DNA of 63,349 nucleotides, filler included, from an uncultured bacterium (GTDB lineage Bacteria > CAYSBA01): NCBI GenBank assembly GCA_964429075.1. It is 22 parts of 22 records of this genome, joined end to end, with 100 filler letters (N's around TTAATTAATTAA, not from the genome) between each part and the next. Parts side by side here need not be neighbours in the genome. Positions count along the whole stretch, not along the records: positions 52,337 to 55,051 come from CAYSBA010000261.1; positions 55,152 to 57,833 come from CAYSBA010000262.1; positions 57,934 to 60,607 come from CAYSBA010000263.1; positions 60,708 to 63,349 come from CAYSBA010000264.1; 18 more parts are not named here. One strand, 5' to 3'. The translations under genes were made by a program, and so were the position numbers. Under the pieces are notes generated by a model. It saw only the letters and a list, made by a program, of their open reading frames with translations. It ran no database searches and was not told where the DNA came from. This document shows, piece by piece, positions 52,595 to 62,904 of this stretch. Each line of letters starts with the position of its first letter. Within the stretch, counting starts at the first letter, position 1.

Positions 52595-54352
52595 GTGTCT
52601 CAACTCCTCGACGAAAGATACAGGCTTGAAGGGGTCATAGGTAGAGGAAGTATGGGAGTAGTGTATAATGCCTGGGACTGCAATCTTGAAAGACGAGTTG
52701 CAATAAAATTGTTGCATTCACATCTCTTATCAGACAGTGATGCAGTTAATCGTTTCAGAGTAGAGGCAAAGGCTGCAGCAAGTATAGATTATCCAGGTGT
52801 TGTTGCGATCTATGACTTTATAGAATTCAAAGATGGAATGGCAATTGTAATGGAATTTGTTGATGGTGATAACCTCCAGTCTTTTTTACAACACAAAAAA
52901 CTCTTTTCTCCATATATATCAGCCAGGATAGGTCTCGAAATTGCACACGCCCTTGAGATTGTTCACAAAAAAGGGATCTGCCATAGAGACCTTAAGCCAG
53001 AAAATATTCTCATTGATAAAGATGGTAGAATAAAGATAACAGATTTTGGTATTGCACGATTTTTAAAGGGAGCGAGACTTACTGCAACAGGGGAACTGCT
53101 TGGTTCACCTGCCTATATGGCACCAGAGGTTATATCTGGTCAGCCTGCAGATACAAAGAGTGACCTTTTTTCACTTGGCGTGTTAATGTACTGGATGGCC
53201 ACATCGGAACTACCACACAAAGGTGATCACCCTATTACAATCTTAAAAAATATTATTGAAGACAGAAGATTAAGGATGTCTGAGATATCCAGCAGGATTG
53301 ATAAGGATTTTGAAAGGATTGTTGAATGTCTCATGTCAAAAGAACCTTCCAACAGATACAGTAGCGCAGATCGACTTATAAATGATATTGAAAACTACCT
53401 CAAAAAGTTTGAATGCTGTATAGATGAAGCTCAATCAATTTATGAACTTTTGAATACAGATTTTCAAAAACAGATTGCAAAGCACTACTTACATATTTCA
53501 AAGGATTACTGCAAAAAAAGAAGATATAAAGATGCACTTGAGGCAGCACATATTGCGATGGCGTATGGTGCAGAGGATGCAAACTCTTTAATAAACAATG
53601 TTTATAAAAGGAGTAGGAGCATTAAAATTTCCATTCTATCTTTGGTGGTTATAATCATATCACTTATAACCTATTTTTTATTCAAAGAATCCCATAATAC
53701 ATTAAGAGACAATCGAGAAAATATTGTATCCCTTATTTCAAAAAACACGACACAAACCCAGGATCAGCGAAATTCTACAGATACCAGTAAGATTCAAAAT
53801 GTTTCTGAGTCTGAAAAAAGTTTTATCTCTCATAAGGAGCAGAAAAGGATAAAAAAGGTCTCTTTAGCAAGACAAAAAAAGACAGGAAAAAAGGTTATGG
53901 CTGAGTCTGTACCTGTAAGAGTACTTGTGCATCCATATGGAGATATATATGTAGACGGTACTCTTATTGCAAAAGAGGCAACTCGTAAGGATATTAGATT
54001 GAAACCGGGTAATCATATTTTAAGGGTGGAAAATTCATACTGTTATAAATATGAGAGTAGCAAAAAAGTTGATCCTGACAAAAAACAGAACATCTGGCGT
54101 GTAAGATTGAGCTTTCTACCTGCAAGGGTCTCTATTAAGGCATCAAAGGATGCGATTGTAAAGGTCACAGGAGAGGATAATAAGATCTTTCACATTAAAA
54201 AGGGTGAGACAAAAAGATTCGAGATTGTAGTTAATCAAAAAACAGGGAAGGCCTTGATACAGGTTGAGGTAAGTGATCTTGATGGACGGGTAATCCTGCC
54301 AACAACCGAATACAGACTCATGGCAGCAGGTGATGTCAATATAGAATTTTAA
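52595..54352 (+). CDS. Membrane Ser/Thr protein kinase (Hanks type) with extracellular PEGA-like region
   Basis: GRGSMGVVY, VAIK, HRDLKPEN, DFGIA, YMAPE, TM helix. Confidence 0.95.
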   Translation: MSQLLDERYRLEGVIGRGSMGVVYNAWDCNLERRVAIKLLHSHLLSDSDAVNRFRVEAKAAASIDYPGVVAIYDFIEFKDGMAIVMEFVDGDNLQSFLQHKKLFSPYISARIGLEIAHALEIVHKKGICHRDLKPENILIDKDGRIKITDFGIARFLKGARLTATGELLGSPAYMAPEVISGQPADTKSDLFSLGVLMYWMATSELPHKGDHPITILKNIIEDRRLRMSEISSRIDKDFERIVECLMSKEPSNRYSSADRLINDIENYLKKFECCIDEAQSIYELLNTDFQKQIAKHYLHISKDYCKKRRYKDALEAAHIAMAYGAEDANSLINNVYKRSRSIKISILSLVVIIISLITYFLFKESHNTLRDNRENIVSLISKNTTQTQDQRNSTDTSKIQNVSESEKSFISHKEQKRIKKVSLARQKKTGKKVMAESVPVRVLVHPYGDIYVDGTLIAKEATRKDIRLKPGNHILRVENSYCYKYESSKKVDPDKKQNIWRVRLSFLPARVSIKASKDAIVKVTGEDNKIFHIKKGETKRFEIVVNQKTGKALIQVEVSDLDGRVILPTTEYRLMAAGDVNIEF

Positions 54353-55051
54353 TCAGTGATATATGTTAAACTTAAATAGTGGTGTTGATGCATTCATGAC
54401 TATAGTTAGTGAATATGCAATCTCGATAAAACCCCTCTCATTTAACAGACCCTCTGGTGGCCCGGGATAGGGTGATCCATCCCTGAAGGCATCCATTAAG
54501 GCCCTGTCAAGAAAATCTACACCAGAACTTTTTAAAAGTTCTATGTTCTTGAGATAGCCATCTTTATTCAGCTTGACAAGTACAACAGTCTCTCTATCTA
54601 TGTAACCATAAAGATTGCCGGTCGGGTCCCTCAGCGATAACTCCTCAAGCCCATGATAGTATTTTAATGCAGTGTTAAAGACCCTCTTTATATAACCAGC
54701 ATACTTAAAATATTTTGAATTAAGTAGTGTCTCTTCTCCCTCCTTTACGTCCTTTATCCTGTCGTTGGATGGACCTTCATCTAACATTGAAAGGAGTCTT
54801 TTTTTCCCAAAGATATCAATTTGTTGAGGCCCATTTTCATTGGTACCCTTCTGTGGTATTTCAAATATATCACTGTTTCCATTTATCCTATCCTTGTGAG
54901 TCTGTCTGGAGAATCTGCCTGTTGTTTTAACCCTTAAAGCAAGGCTTTTTGAGGGTAACAATCTGGGAATCTTGAATGACTTTCCCACACCTTTTAAGTT
55001 TCTGGGTGTAGTTTTTTTTATTACCTGTAAAAGATCTGAATTAACATCAGC
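54353..55051 (-). CDS. TonB family protein, C-terminal part
   Basis: TLLNS..FKYA.Y..RV, RDPTG, SSGVDFLD.A..AF....PYP.PP. Confidence 0.8.
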   Translation of the reverse strand, partial: ADVNSDLLQVIKKTTPRNLKGVGKSFKIPRLLPSKSLALRVKTTGRFSRQTHKDRINGNSDIFEIPQKGTNENGPQQIDIFGKKRLLSMLDEGPSNDRIKDVKEGEETLLNSKYFKYAGYIKRVFNTALKYYHGLEELSLRDPTGNLYGYIDRETVVLVKLNKDGYLKNIELLKSSGVDFLDRALMDAFRDGSPYPGPPEGLLNERGFIEIAYSLTIVMNASTPLFKFNIYH

Positions 55052-55322
55052 NNNNNNNNNNNNNNNNNNNNNNNNNNNNNNNNNNNNNNNNNNNNTTAAT
55101 TAATTAANNNNNNNNNNNNNNNNNNNNNNNNNNNNNNNNNNNNNNNNNNNNGTTTAAACAAATAATAATAGGAAGTAAAGTTATATATCTTTTCATAACA
55201 CCTCCAATAATTTTTTATCCTACGCTATATTCACGCTAAAATCAAGACCATGATTCTATTTTTTACTTATCTTTTTCTGTATACTTTTTATTTGATCCAA
55301 ATCTATATTAAAAATTTTACCA

Positions 55323-56093
55323 TCAAAATAAAGAGATTAAAATTGTGAGTATCCCTACAATAAAAAGATATATTGAGAATTTATACAATGAACCCTTCTT
55401 TGTAAGCAATACAATAGTTCTTAGTGCAATAAGTCCACTTATAAGGGCACACAAAAAACCTGTTACTAATGCTAATGTCGGGATACCTATCTTTGAGGCA
55501 TCAAACTTCATAAACTCCAGGAGACCAGCACCGAGTGTGACAGGTATCAGTAACATAAAAGAGAAGAATGCAGCTTTTTGCGGTGATATTCCAAGAAGAA
55601 GTGCAGTAGCTATAGTACTACCAGATCTTGATATACCTGGAACAATGGCAAAGGCCTGAGCTGCACCTATAATTAAGGCTCTCTGCGGAGTTATTCCATT
55701 TTCATTATGCCTCTGTTTCTTTGTAATGAATAAAAAACTACCTGTGATTAAAAAAGATACACCCACATAAATCGTTGAATCAAATAGTCTTTCTATCTGA
55801 TCATTGAAAAGAACTCCAATAATACCTGCAGGTATGGAACCAAGGATAACCAGAAAGGCAATTCTTAGAGTATCATGGCTGAATGGATGATTGATGTAAT
55901 TAAGCAGCTCTTTTCGGTAGTAGAAAACTACAGCAAGAAGTGTCGCAAGATGAAGAATTACCTCTACAACTATACCACCAGTGTGAAGGTTTATTAATTT
56001 CTCTATTACGACAAGGTGTCCGGAGCTTGAAATCGGCAAAAATTCTGTAAGCCCCTGTACTACTCCAAGAAATGCAAGCTTTAGATATTCCAT
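55323..56093 (-). CDS. uppP: Undecaprenyl-diphosphate phosphatase
   Basis: QGLTEFLPISSSGHL, PGISRSGSTI. Confidence 0.96.
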   Translation of the reverse strand: MEYLKLAFLGVVQGLTEFLPISSSGHLVVIEKLINLHTGGIVVEVILHLATLLAVVFYYRKELLNYINHPFSHDTLRIAFLVILGSIPAGIIGVLFNDQIERLFDSTIYVGVSFLITGSFLFITKKQRHNENGITPQRALIIGAAQAFAIVPGISRSGSTIATALLLGISPQKAAFFSFMLLIPVTLGAGLLEFMKFDASKIGIPTLALVTGFLCALISGLIALRTIVLLTKKGSLYKFSIYLFIVGILTILISLF

Positions 56094-56095
56094 AA

Positions 56096-57139
56096 TTACA
56101 CCAGAAAGGTTTTTAGAATTTCTACTATCTGTGGTTCCTGTTCAAGAAAATCGAGTGTCCTTCTTCCATTATGTTGTACATATCCATTGCCCATTATCAG
56201 GGTGATGTCTTTTCCTATACCTTCTGCACCAAGCGTTGCCCTCTGAAAGCTTGTAGCCATATTAAAGAAATAGGCAATACCACCATCCTTAGTTGCAAGG
56301 ATTGTCCCCATTTCTGTCATGGGAATAGGTGCGGTATTTATTACTATATCAAACAGACGATCTTTAGAAAGTCTTTTTGCAGCATATAGAATCTCCATTG
56401 GCCTTGTTGCATCAACAACCTCAAAATTATCACAATATCCGGCCTTCTTAAGTCTTATAAGATTTTCATGTTTGATATCAACACAGCTGATTTTTGATCT
56501 GTTTTTTACAACTCTTTTTGCTGCTGCGCATGCAAGGGAGCCAGATTTACCGGAGCCTATTATCAAAACATCTTTGCCTGGATGTACCAGCCTCTCAATT
56601 GTCGGAACAACACCGGCTACATCAAGTGCAGAAAGAGCAATCCTCTGATCTACCACATTGTCAATACTGCAGGCCACACCACTATCGAATAATATTGCAT
56701 ATCCATCTACCTCAATTTGATGGGAGTTAAGATGGACCCTTTTTATCCTTGTAATATGCAGCGGGGTTAGGGTGAGGGATACAAGGGTGGCTATCCTTGA
56801 GCCTGTTTTGAGATTATCACGATTGGTATATCTTTTACCCATCTCTTTAACCCTGCCAATCAGCATGCCCCCGGAATCTGTAACTGGGTTGTGAAGTTTG
56901 CCCCTATTTTGAACTATTTTTAGTATCTTTTCTGCAAGTCTATCAGGATTATTGTTTGCTTCTTTCTTTAACTGTGTAAAACTTGCAGCATCTATATTGA
57001 TCATTTCTACATCGATAAGTAGTTCAGAATCATGGATTGGTAGAGAATTGTCGAGTCTTTCTGCCTGTTGTGGGAATACCCCTTTAGGTTCCAGGACCCT
57101 GTGAAGTCCAAATCTCTCTTCCAGCTTAACTGGTTTCAT
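56096..57139 (-). CDS. kdd: L-erythro-3,5-diaminohexanoate dehydrogenase
   Basis: G.HRVLEPKGVFPQ.A.RLDN, NIDAASF, RGK.HNPVT.SGGMLIG, TLVSLTLTPL, LGAEGIGKD. Confidence 0.9.
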   Translation of the reverse strand: MKPVKLEERFGLHRVLEPKGVFPQQAERLDNSLPIHDSELLIDVEMINIDAASFTQLKKEANNNPDRLAEKILKIVQNRGKLHNPVTDSGGMLIGRVKEMGKRYTNRDNLKTGSRIATLVSLTLTPLHITRIKRVHLNSHQIEVDGYAILFDSGVACSIDNVVDQRIALSALDVAGVVPTIERLVHPGKDVLIIGSGKSGSLACAAAKRVVKNRSKISCVDIKHENLIRLKKAGYCDNFEVVDATRPMEILYAAKRLSKDRLFDIVINTAPIPMTEMGTILATKDGGIAYFFNMATSFQRATLGAEGIGKDITLIMGNGYVQHNGRRTLDFLEQEPQIVEILKTFLV

Positions 57140-57795
57140 TTTTTACTCCTTATTGGAATTCCAAGTACCTCTATTACCTTTTTTATATCCTCCCATACAG
57201 GTCTTTTTAATGCAGGATTCCTCAGCAGCGCACTCGGATGATATGTTATCATCAGAAGTGTATTCTGGGTGAGTCTATGAAAGCGTCCTCTCAATGCTGA
57301 TATCCTTACTGTTGCACTGTCCATGTCAAGAAGAGTAGAAGCAGCAAACCTGCCAAGTGCAACCACTACCTCAGGTTTTAATATCGAAAGCTGCTTAAAA
57401 AGATAATCCTTGCATGATGATATCTCATCTGTCCTTGGGTCTCTGTTGCCAGGAGGTCTGCACTTAATGACATTAAGAATGAACACATCCTGTCTTGAAA
57501 GTCCCATCCCATTTTCAATGATTTTTGTTAACAATTCTCCGGCCCTTCCTACAAAGGGTCTACCCTGTTTGTCTTCCTCTTCACCCGGGGCCTCTCCTAC
57601 AAATACAATCCTTGCAAGTGGGTTGCCCTCACCAGGTACGGTATTTCTCCTTGTTCTATGTAGTATGCACTTTCTACACGATTTAATCTCTTCTGCAATA
57701 AGATCGAGTTTTTCTCTATTCGACTCCTTTTGAGAATCATTGTATTTTATGGGTCGTTTTTCTATTTGACAAGGTGGTAGTGTAAAATATCTCAT
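57136..57795 (-). CDS. Uracil-DNA glycosylase family 4
   Basis: C..C, VGEAPG.EED.QGRPFVG.AG, NV.KCRPP.NR, TYHPS; frame stays open to the contig end. Confidence 0.93.
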   Translation of the reverse strand: MRYFTLPPCQIEKRPIKYNDSQKESNREKLDLIAEEIKSCRKCILHRTRRNTVPGEGNPLARIVFVGEAPGEEEDKQGRPFVGRAGELLTKIIENGMGLSRQDVFILNVIKCRPPGNRDPRTDEISSCKDYLFKQLSILKPEVVVALGRFAASTLLDMDSATVRISALRGRFHRLTQNTLLMITYHPSALLRNPALKRPVWEDIKKVIEVLGIPIRSKK

Positions 57796-58005
57796 TCCTA
57801 TTCTTTGGAGTGAGTATAGGGTATTTATAATATNNNNNNNNNNNNNNNNNNNNNNNNNNNNNNNNNNNNNNNNNNNNTTAATTAATTAANNNNNNNNNNN
57901 NNNNNNNNNNNNNNNNNNNNNNNNNNNNNNNNNGATAAAATCTACATTTTTTTATTGAATTTTTTTATCAAGTATCAATCAGTTAGTGCGATAGTCTTAG
58001 TTAAC

Positions 58006-59292
58006 TCAGTAATGAACGTCAATTCCGCCCAATATTTCATGCCTCGTATATGAAACAGGACGTCCATCCACACCGGTGTCATTTGAGAAATTTGCTTTGA
58101 AATTGTATGTCAAAAAGGCATCTATCCATTTTGTGACTTCTACTGAAATTTTTAGATTTAAGTCTGCAATCTGATCACTTCTGTTTGTTGTAATATCGGT
58201 ATAATTTGTAGAGACATCGAGGGCTCCATAATCGTAAACCCCAAAGTTGCCACCCAGTGTGATATTCATAAAATCAGATATCCCCTGTACTATACTCAAT
58301 TTGCCTCTAACATATTGATAGAATCTATAAACAGCAATTGGCTCAAATCCCCTATCAGCACCAAGACTTATCTTGGTCATAGGTGTGAGAGTAAATATCA
58401 AGCCGAAAGTACCGATTGCACTTCTGAAGTTACCACCATCCTTAGAACTATACTGTCCATTTTCATATATCAGGGTATCACCATAGCCTGCTGAAAGATC
58501 GAGAGCTATCTTAGGAGATATTGCTCCTTTAATACCCATAATGATGTATAAATTGTTTGAGTCTACATTTGATCCTGTACCTGAGGATTGATCTGCACCA
58601 ATACTAAAACTCTTTTCTTTCCACCTTCTAAGGATGAGCCTGTTATTGAGATAGATGGTTGTCTTTGGTAAAAAGTTCCACGATATAACTAAGAACCCAT
58701 CAAAATCATTAAAAGAATATCTCGGATCATAATCGAAATAATCAAGACTCCACCCGGCAGCAGGTTCTATCTTAAGGGTACCACCACCCGGTTTCAAAGT
58801 TAGTTTTAATATAAGGTCGTTTATGCTCTGTTCATATTTACCTGCGATATTGTGCGTTTGAGGTTCTGTAGTTCTTCTAAAATTATCAGTTAAGGTAATT
58901 TTTACTTTTCCTTTAGGATTAAATACTCCATTCAACATTATCTTGCCATCTATGCTAGACTGGCTTGTCTGCTGTACATATCTATTTATAGTTACCTCAG
59001 CCCTTGTTTCCAGATTGAATGACCTTGAATCTTGATAATACATAAGATTTGGTGAGATCTTAAAATTAATGTCCTGTATTTCACTACCCGCCGGCATATA
59101 TGTAAGGTTTGTGTCGAGCCCTCCAAGTATATTCAATCCCAAAGACATCCTTCCAGGACCAGCAGCAAACCCCTTTTCTCTTGTATCTTCTTTAGCAGAA
59201 ATTAAATTTATACTTGCTAATATTAAAAAAATAATTAAAATCTCTAAATGTATTTTGAGATATCCCTTTAAAAACCATCTAAGTTTTTTCAT
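58006..59292 (-). CDS. Putative outer-membrane beta-barrel protein
   Basis: N-terminal hydrophobic leader, G.DTN motif, amphipathic strands, terminal aromatic residue (GIDVHY). Confidence 0.65.
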   Translation of the reverse strand: MKKLRWFLKGYLKIHLEILIIFLILASINLISAKEDTREKGFAAGPGRMSLGLNILGGLDTNLTYMPAGSEIQDINFKISPNLMYYQDSRSFNLETRAEVTINRYVQQTSQSSIDGKIMLNGVFNPKGKVKITLTDNFRRTTEPQTHNIAGKYEQSINDLILKLTLKPGGGTLKIEPAAGWSLDYFDYDPRYSFNDFDGFLVISWNFLPKTTIYLNNRLILRRWKEKSFSIGADQSSGTGSNVDSNNLYIIMGIKGAISPKIALDLSAGYGDTLIYENGQYSSKDGGNFRSAIGTFGLIFTLTPMTKISLGADRGFEPIAVYRFYQYVRGKLSIVQGISDFMNITLGGNFGVYDYGALDVSTNYTDITTNRSDQIADLNLKISVEVTKWIDAFLTYNFKANFSNDTGVDGRPVSYTRHEILGGIDVHY

Positions 59293-59317
59293 GCGCCAGT
59301 CCTTCTGTTAAAAAAAT

Positions 59318-59875
59318 TTACTGGGTACTGAATCTACTTGCCACTGGGGGTCTTGTCCCAACCAGTGTAGTACCAATTGTTACTTCGGGAGCCTCATTTT
59401 CCCCTACGGTACTCTTATCAACTTCTACGCTTACTTCTGTCTCACCCGTATACATAGAACTTTCACCTACACACGCTTGTGCTTCAATCTTTATCATCTC
59501 GATTGTCTGATAGGCCACCTTGATCTTATCAAACTGCCTGCTGGCTGCTTCCTTATCTTCATTTGCCATTGCCTCTTTCAACAGCAAAAATGCCTCTTCT
59601 GCAATCTTCAGATTTCCATTTGCGTTTACCAATTTCTCATTTGCACAGTTAAGTCTGACTATATCTTTGTCTTTCCTCGCCTTTTCAATTATTCCTAAAA
59701 TTACAGAGTGCATCTTTTTCATCTTATCAAGATACATCCTACTCTGAGAAAACATTTGAGATATCGTTAGTGCTTTAGTTGTTTGTTTGTCATTATTATT
59801 GTTATTTTTATCTGCATATGCATTTGACAAAATAAAAGCACACAAAATAAATGTCATAATCTTCTTCATAATCAT
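59318..59875 (-). CDS. Secreted helical hypothetical protein
   Basis: Signal peptide, ARKDKDIVRLNCANEKL...EAQACVGE, ends RPPVAS. Confidence 0.65.
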   Translation of the reverse strand: MIMKKIMTFILCAFILSNAYADKNNNNNDKQTTKALTISQMFSQSRMYLDKMKKMHSVILGIIEKARKDKDIVRLNCANEKLVNANGNLKIAEEAFLLLKEAMANEDKEAASRQFDKIKVAYQTIEMIKIEAQACVGESSMYTGETEVSVEVDKSTVGENEAPEVTIGTTLVGTRPPVASRFSTQ

Positions 59876-60360
59876 TCTCCACTACTTTGCTCTATTATAC
59901 CAGACTTTAAACTTTTTACAAGTAAGTTGTTTGTAGCCCTAAGACGCCTGCTTAATACCTTTGCAATATTTATTACCATCATAGAAAATCCAGTTTGATA
60001 CTGCCTTGCAAACATATGAAGATTGTCTGCACTGAGCTTCAAAACCCTTACATCACCATTGGCCTTTATGGATGCAGACCTTTCATCCTTATCAATTAGT
60101 GCCATCTCTCCAAAAAACTCCCCCTCTTTCAGAGTTGTTATATGTCTTTCCACACCATCTTCATCCTTTTTCACCACATCTACCTTTCCTTTTGCTACTA
60201 TAAACAAAGATCTATCTCTATCACCCTCTTTTACAAGATAATCTTCATCTTCAAAATCTAAAAGCTGTGAAATCCTTGCCAGAAAGTCTATCTCTTCTGG
60301 ATTTAAATTTTCAAATAGTGTAGTGCTTTCCATAATTGCAAGTTTTTCCTGTGTACTCAT
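59872..60360 (-). CDS. Stand-alone cyclic nucleotide-binding domain protein
   Basis: EGD...LFIV..G.V, GEFFGEMALID...RSAS, LSRRLR. Confidence 0.92.
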   Translation of the reverse strand: MSTQEKLAIMESTTLFENLNPEEIDFLARISQLLDFEDEDYLVKEGDRDRSLFIVAKGKVDVVKKDEDGVERHITTLKEGEFFGEMALIDKDERSASIKANGDVRVLKLSADNLHMFARQYQTGFSMMVINIAKVLSRRLRATNNLLVKSLKSGIIEQSSGE

Positions 60361-60605
60361 CCTTCAACAACTCCTGCTGCAGATTGAAAAAAATCATCAA
60401 GTCTTTTATCTTCGTGATCCTTAGACTCTGTTTTCTGTCCAAGGATTTCCACAAACTCAACACCCTTTTCTATATTTATCGTATACAATTCTCCAGAATG
60501 TATTTCTATATTATACTTTTTTTTATCATCACAGATTGCGACTGCAAAGGCAAATCTCTCATCCTCTTCCATCTGCCAGTAGACAAAATCTTCTCCCCTG
60601 AGATA
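60357..60605 (-). CDS. Hypothetical protein, C-terminal fragment
   Basis: Frame open from contig end; ATGA overlap with the cNMP gene. Confidence 0.45.
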   Translation of the reverse strand, partial: YLRGEDFVYWQMEEDERFAFAVAICDDKKKYNIEIHSGELYTINIEKGVEFVEILGQKTESKDHEDKRLDDFFQSAAGVVEG

Positions 60606-60709
60606 TCNNNNNNNNNNNNNNNNNNNNNNNNNNNNNNNNNNNNNNNNNNNNTTAATTAATTAANNNNNNNNNNNNNNNNNNNNNNNNNNNNNNNNNNNNN
60701 NNNNNNNCT

Positions 60710-61330
60710 GATGAATCAAGCTACGAATCTATTAAAGAGCTTATGGCAATGGCTTCAGAGATGCGTGATTGTAGTCTTACAGAGTTTGTTGAGAGGATTG
60801 CACTTAGCTCAGAACAGGACGAACTACATATGGAAAATTCTGTAAATCTCATGACTCTTCACACCTCAAAGGGGCTTGAGTTTCCTGTTGTATTCATAGT
60901 TCGTACAGAAGATGGTATGTGCCCATATTACCGCTCCACCTCTGATGAGGAACTTGAAGAAGAGAGAAGATTACTCTACGTCGGTATTACGAGGGCCATA
61001 GAAAGGCTATATATCACCTATCCAGAAAAGATAACGGATCCTGTTACAAGGGATAAGATAAAGCCATCCAGGTTTCTTGCAAGTTTCCTGCGAGAGAAGA
61101 GGGATTTTATAGAGGTTATCGGTAACAGAAGTATAAAGATGGTTGTAAAGGGCAAAAACAATTCATTGGGATCAAGGTTCTATAAGGGTCAGTATGTAAA
61201 ACACAACAGCTTTGGTGAAGGGATTGTACTCGACATTAAGGATATGAATTCGAGGACCCTTGTAAGCGTCAAGTTTAAATCTCATGGTATGAAGAAGGTA
61301 CTTTCTGATTTTCTTATACCCCTCGGATGA
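60710..61330 (+). CDS. UvrD/PcrA helicase, C-terminal part
   Basis: [35 protein letters not shown], Tudor-like G..V.H..FG.G. Confidence 0.92.
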   Translation, partial: DESSYESIKELMAMASEMRDCSLTEFVERIALSSEQDELHMENSVNLMTLHTSKGLEFPVVFIVRTEDGMCPYYRSTSDEELEEERRLLYVGITRAIERLYITYPEKITDPVTRDKIKPSRFLASFLREKRDFIEVIGNRSIKMVVKGKNNSLGSRFYKGQYVKHNSFGEGIVLDIKDMNSRTLVSVKFKSHGMKKVLSDFLIPLG

Positions 61331-62163
61331 GAGACTCTATATCAACTGTCTTCTTTGTCCTTATCTTTTTATGTTTTTCCTGTAATTTTGACTTTTCTAA
61401 AAATAGGGATCATTCTGTCAAAAGGATAATGAGCCTTGCACCATCATTAACACATATTATCCTTGCTTTAGATGGCCCAGAAAGACTCTTTGCATATACA
61501 CGCTATTGTGGTAGCATCTGTAATAATCTTAATGGAAGATGGATCATCGACAACCCCTTTGGTGTCTCATATGAAGATGTGATCAAAAGAGATATAGATA
61601 CAATTGTTACAGCCGGCAAACATGGGGAGCTTGAAGAGTTGAGTCAGATTGGAATGGGTGTCTATTATTTTAGTCTTGAAAATATAAATGATATAATATA
61701 CGTCATAGATAGGCTTGGCATTCTACTGAATAGAACAAAAGAGGCAAAGATTTTAATCAGAAAAATCAAAGATGCGGTCTTTCACGGTCCAACATACAAG
61801 GATTACATCCCTTCAATTATCTTTTTGGGGCGTCCATCTACAGAGCTCCCTTCTTTCTTGGCTGGCGGCAAAAGCTATCTTACAGAACTATTAAAGGCAG
61901 CAGGCTTTAAAAATTTACTTAATAAGCTTCAAAGAGATTATATAGAGCTAAGTCCCGAGATCTATTTTTCATTTAAACCAGATGTACTTTTTTTTGTTGA
62001 TCAAAATATAAATCGGCCCTTTATAGTTCATAAGAAGAGCTCAATAGGATTGTTTAAGAATGTGGATATAGTGCTTTTAAAGAGTTCAATCTTTGCCAGA
62101 CCGGGTATTGAAGTCATAAACGCAGTAAAGCTCTTGCGTAACTTAAGAAAGGATTATTATTGA
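61327..62163 (+). CDS. ABC substrate-binding lipoprotein (BtuF/helical backbone metal receptor)
   Basis: Lipobox [19 protein letters not shown]. Confidence 0.8.
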   Translation: MRDSISTVFFVLIFLCFSCNFDFSKNRDHSVKRIMSLAPSLTHIILALDGPERLFAYTRYCGSICNNLNGRWIIDNPFGVSYEDVIKRDIDTIVTAGKHGELEELSQIGMGVYYFSLENINDIIYVIDRLGILLNRTKEAKILIRKIKDAVFHGPTYKDYIPSIIFLGRPSTELPSFLAGGKSYLTELLKAAGFKNLLNKLQRDYIELSPEIYFSFKPDVLFFVDQNINRPFIVHKKSSIGLFKNVDIVLLKSSIFARPGIEVINAVKLLRNLRKDYY

Positions 62164-62903
62164 TAGAGATAACTGGATTGACATTTGAATACAAAAAAGA
62201 GCAGGTTCTCGAGAATATAGACCTGAATCTCAATCCCGGTCTTTATTTCATCTTGGGTAAAAACGGCTCAGGGAAGAGCACATTCCTGAGGCTTATGGGT
62301 GGGATTTTAAAACCCAAAAATGGTATAATCAGGATCTTCGGACATGATATCAATACCATTGATACATTAGATAGGGCCAAACTGGTTGCCTATTTACCAC
62401 AGTATGTGGATACCTCTCATGCATTTAAGGTAAAAGATGTAGTCGCTATGGGATTATATGCAAGAACAGGTGGTTTTTATGATTCCTCTGTATATAAAGA
62501 TAAAATACAGGAAATTCTCCAGCTTTTAGGGATTGATCATCTCGAAGATAGAGATATCCTGAATATAAGTGGAGGTGAGAGGAAAAAGGTCTTTATTGCC
62601 TCCACCCTGATACAGGATACCCCTGTTCAACTCTTTGATGAACCGGAGGCGAGTCTTGATCTAAAGAGTGCAATCGATCTTTTGGAAATCTTTTACAAAA
62701 AGGTTCAGAAAAAGGATAAGATCATAATTGTTGCAATACATAATATTCTTTTGCTTTCCACAATGCTGGGAAGGTGTCTTCTGGTACACAACAGGTCTGT
62801 TAAACCGGTGGATCTTAAAGACGATCTTGCTTTTTTAAATGAAGTAATAGGAATAGATCTCAAGCTCTCTGGTTCCAGAATAACCATAAGTCCAATCAAC
62901 TAA
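62160..62903 (+). CDS. ABC ATPase (BtuD/FecE-like)
   Basis: GKNGSGKST, ISGGE, DEP..SLD. Confidence 0.9.
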   Translation: MIEITGLTFEYKKEQVLENIDLNLNPGLYFILGKNGSGKSTFLRLMGGILKPKNGIIRIFGHDINTIDTLDRAKLVAYLPQYVDTSHAFKVKDVVAMGLYARTGGFYDSSVYKDKIQEILQLLGIDHLEDRDILNISGGERKKVFIASTLIQDTPVQLFDEPEASLDLKSAIDLLEIFYKKVQKKDKIIIVAIHNILLLSTMLGRCLLVHNRSVKPVDLKDDLAFLNEVIGIDLKLSGSRITISPIN

Positions 62904-62904
62904 C

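Noticed and set aside
2917..60707. TTAATTAATTAA recurring every ~2.8-3.0 kb, resembling a regular repeat array
   Set aside because: It is always centred in 88 Ns and the contig lengths fall steadily, so it is an artificial six-frame-stop linker and not CRISPR or biology
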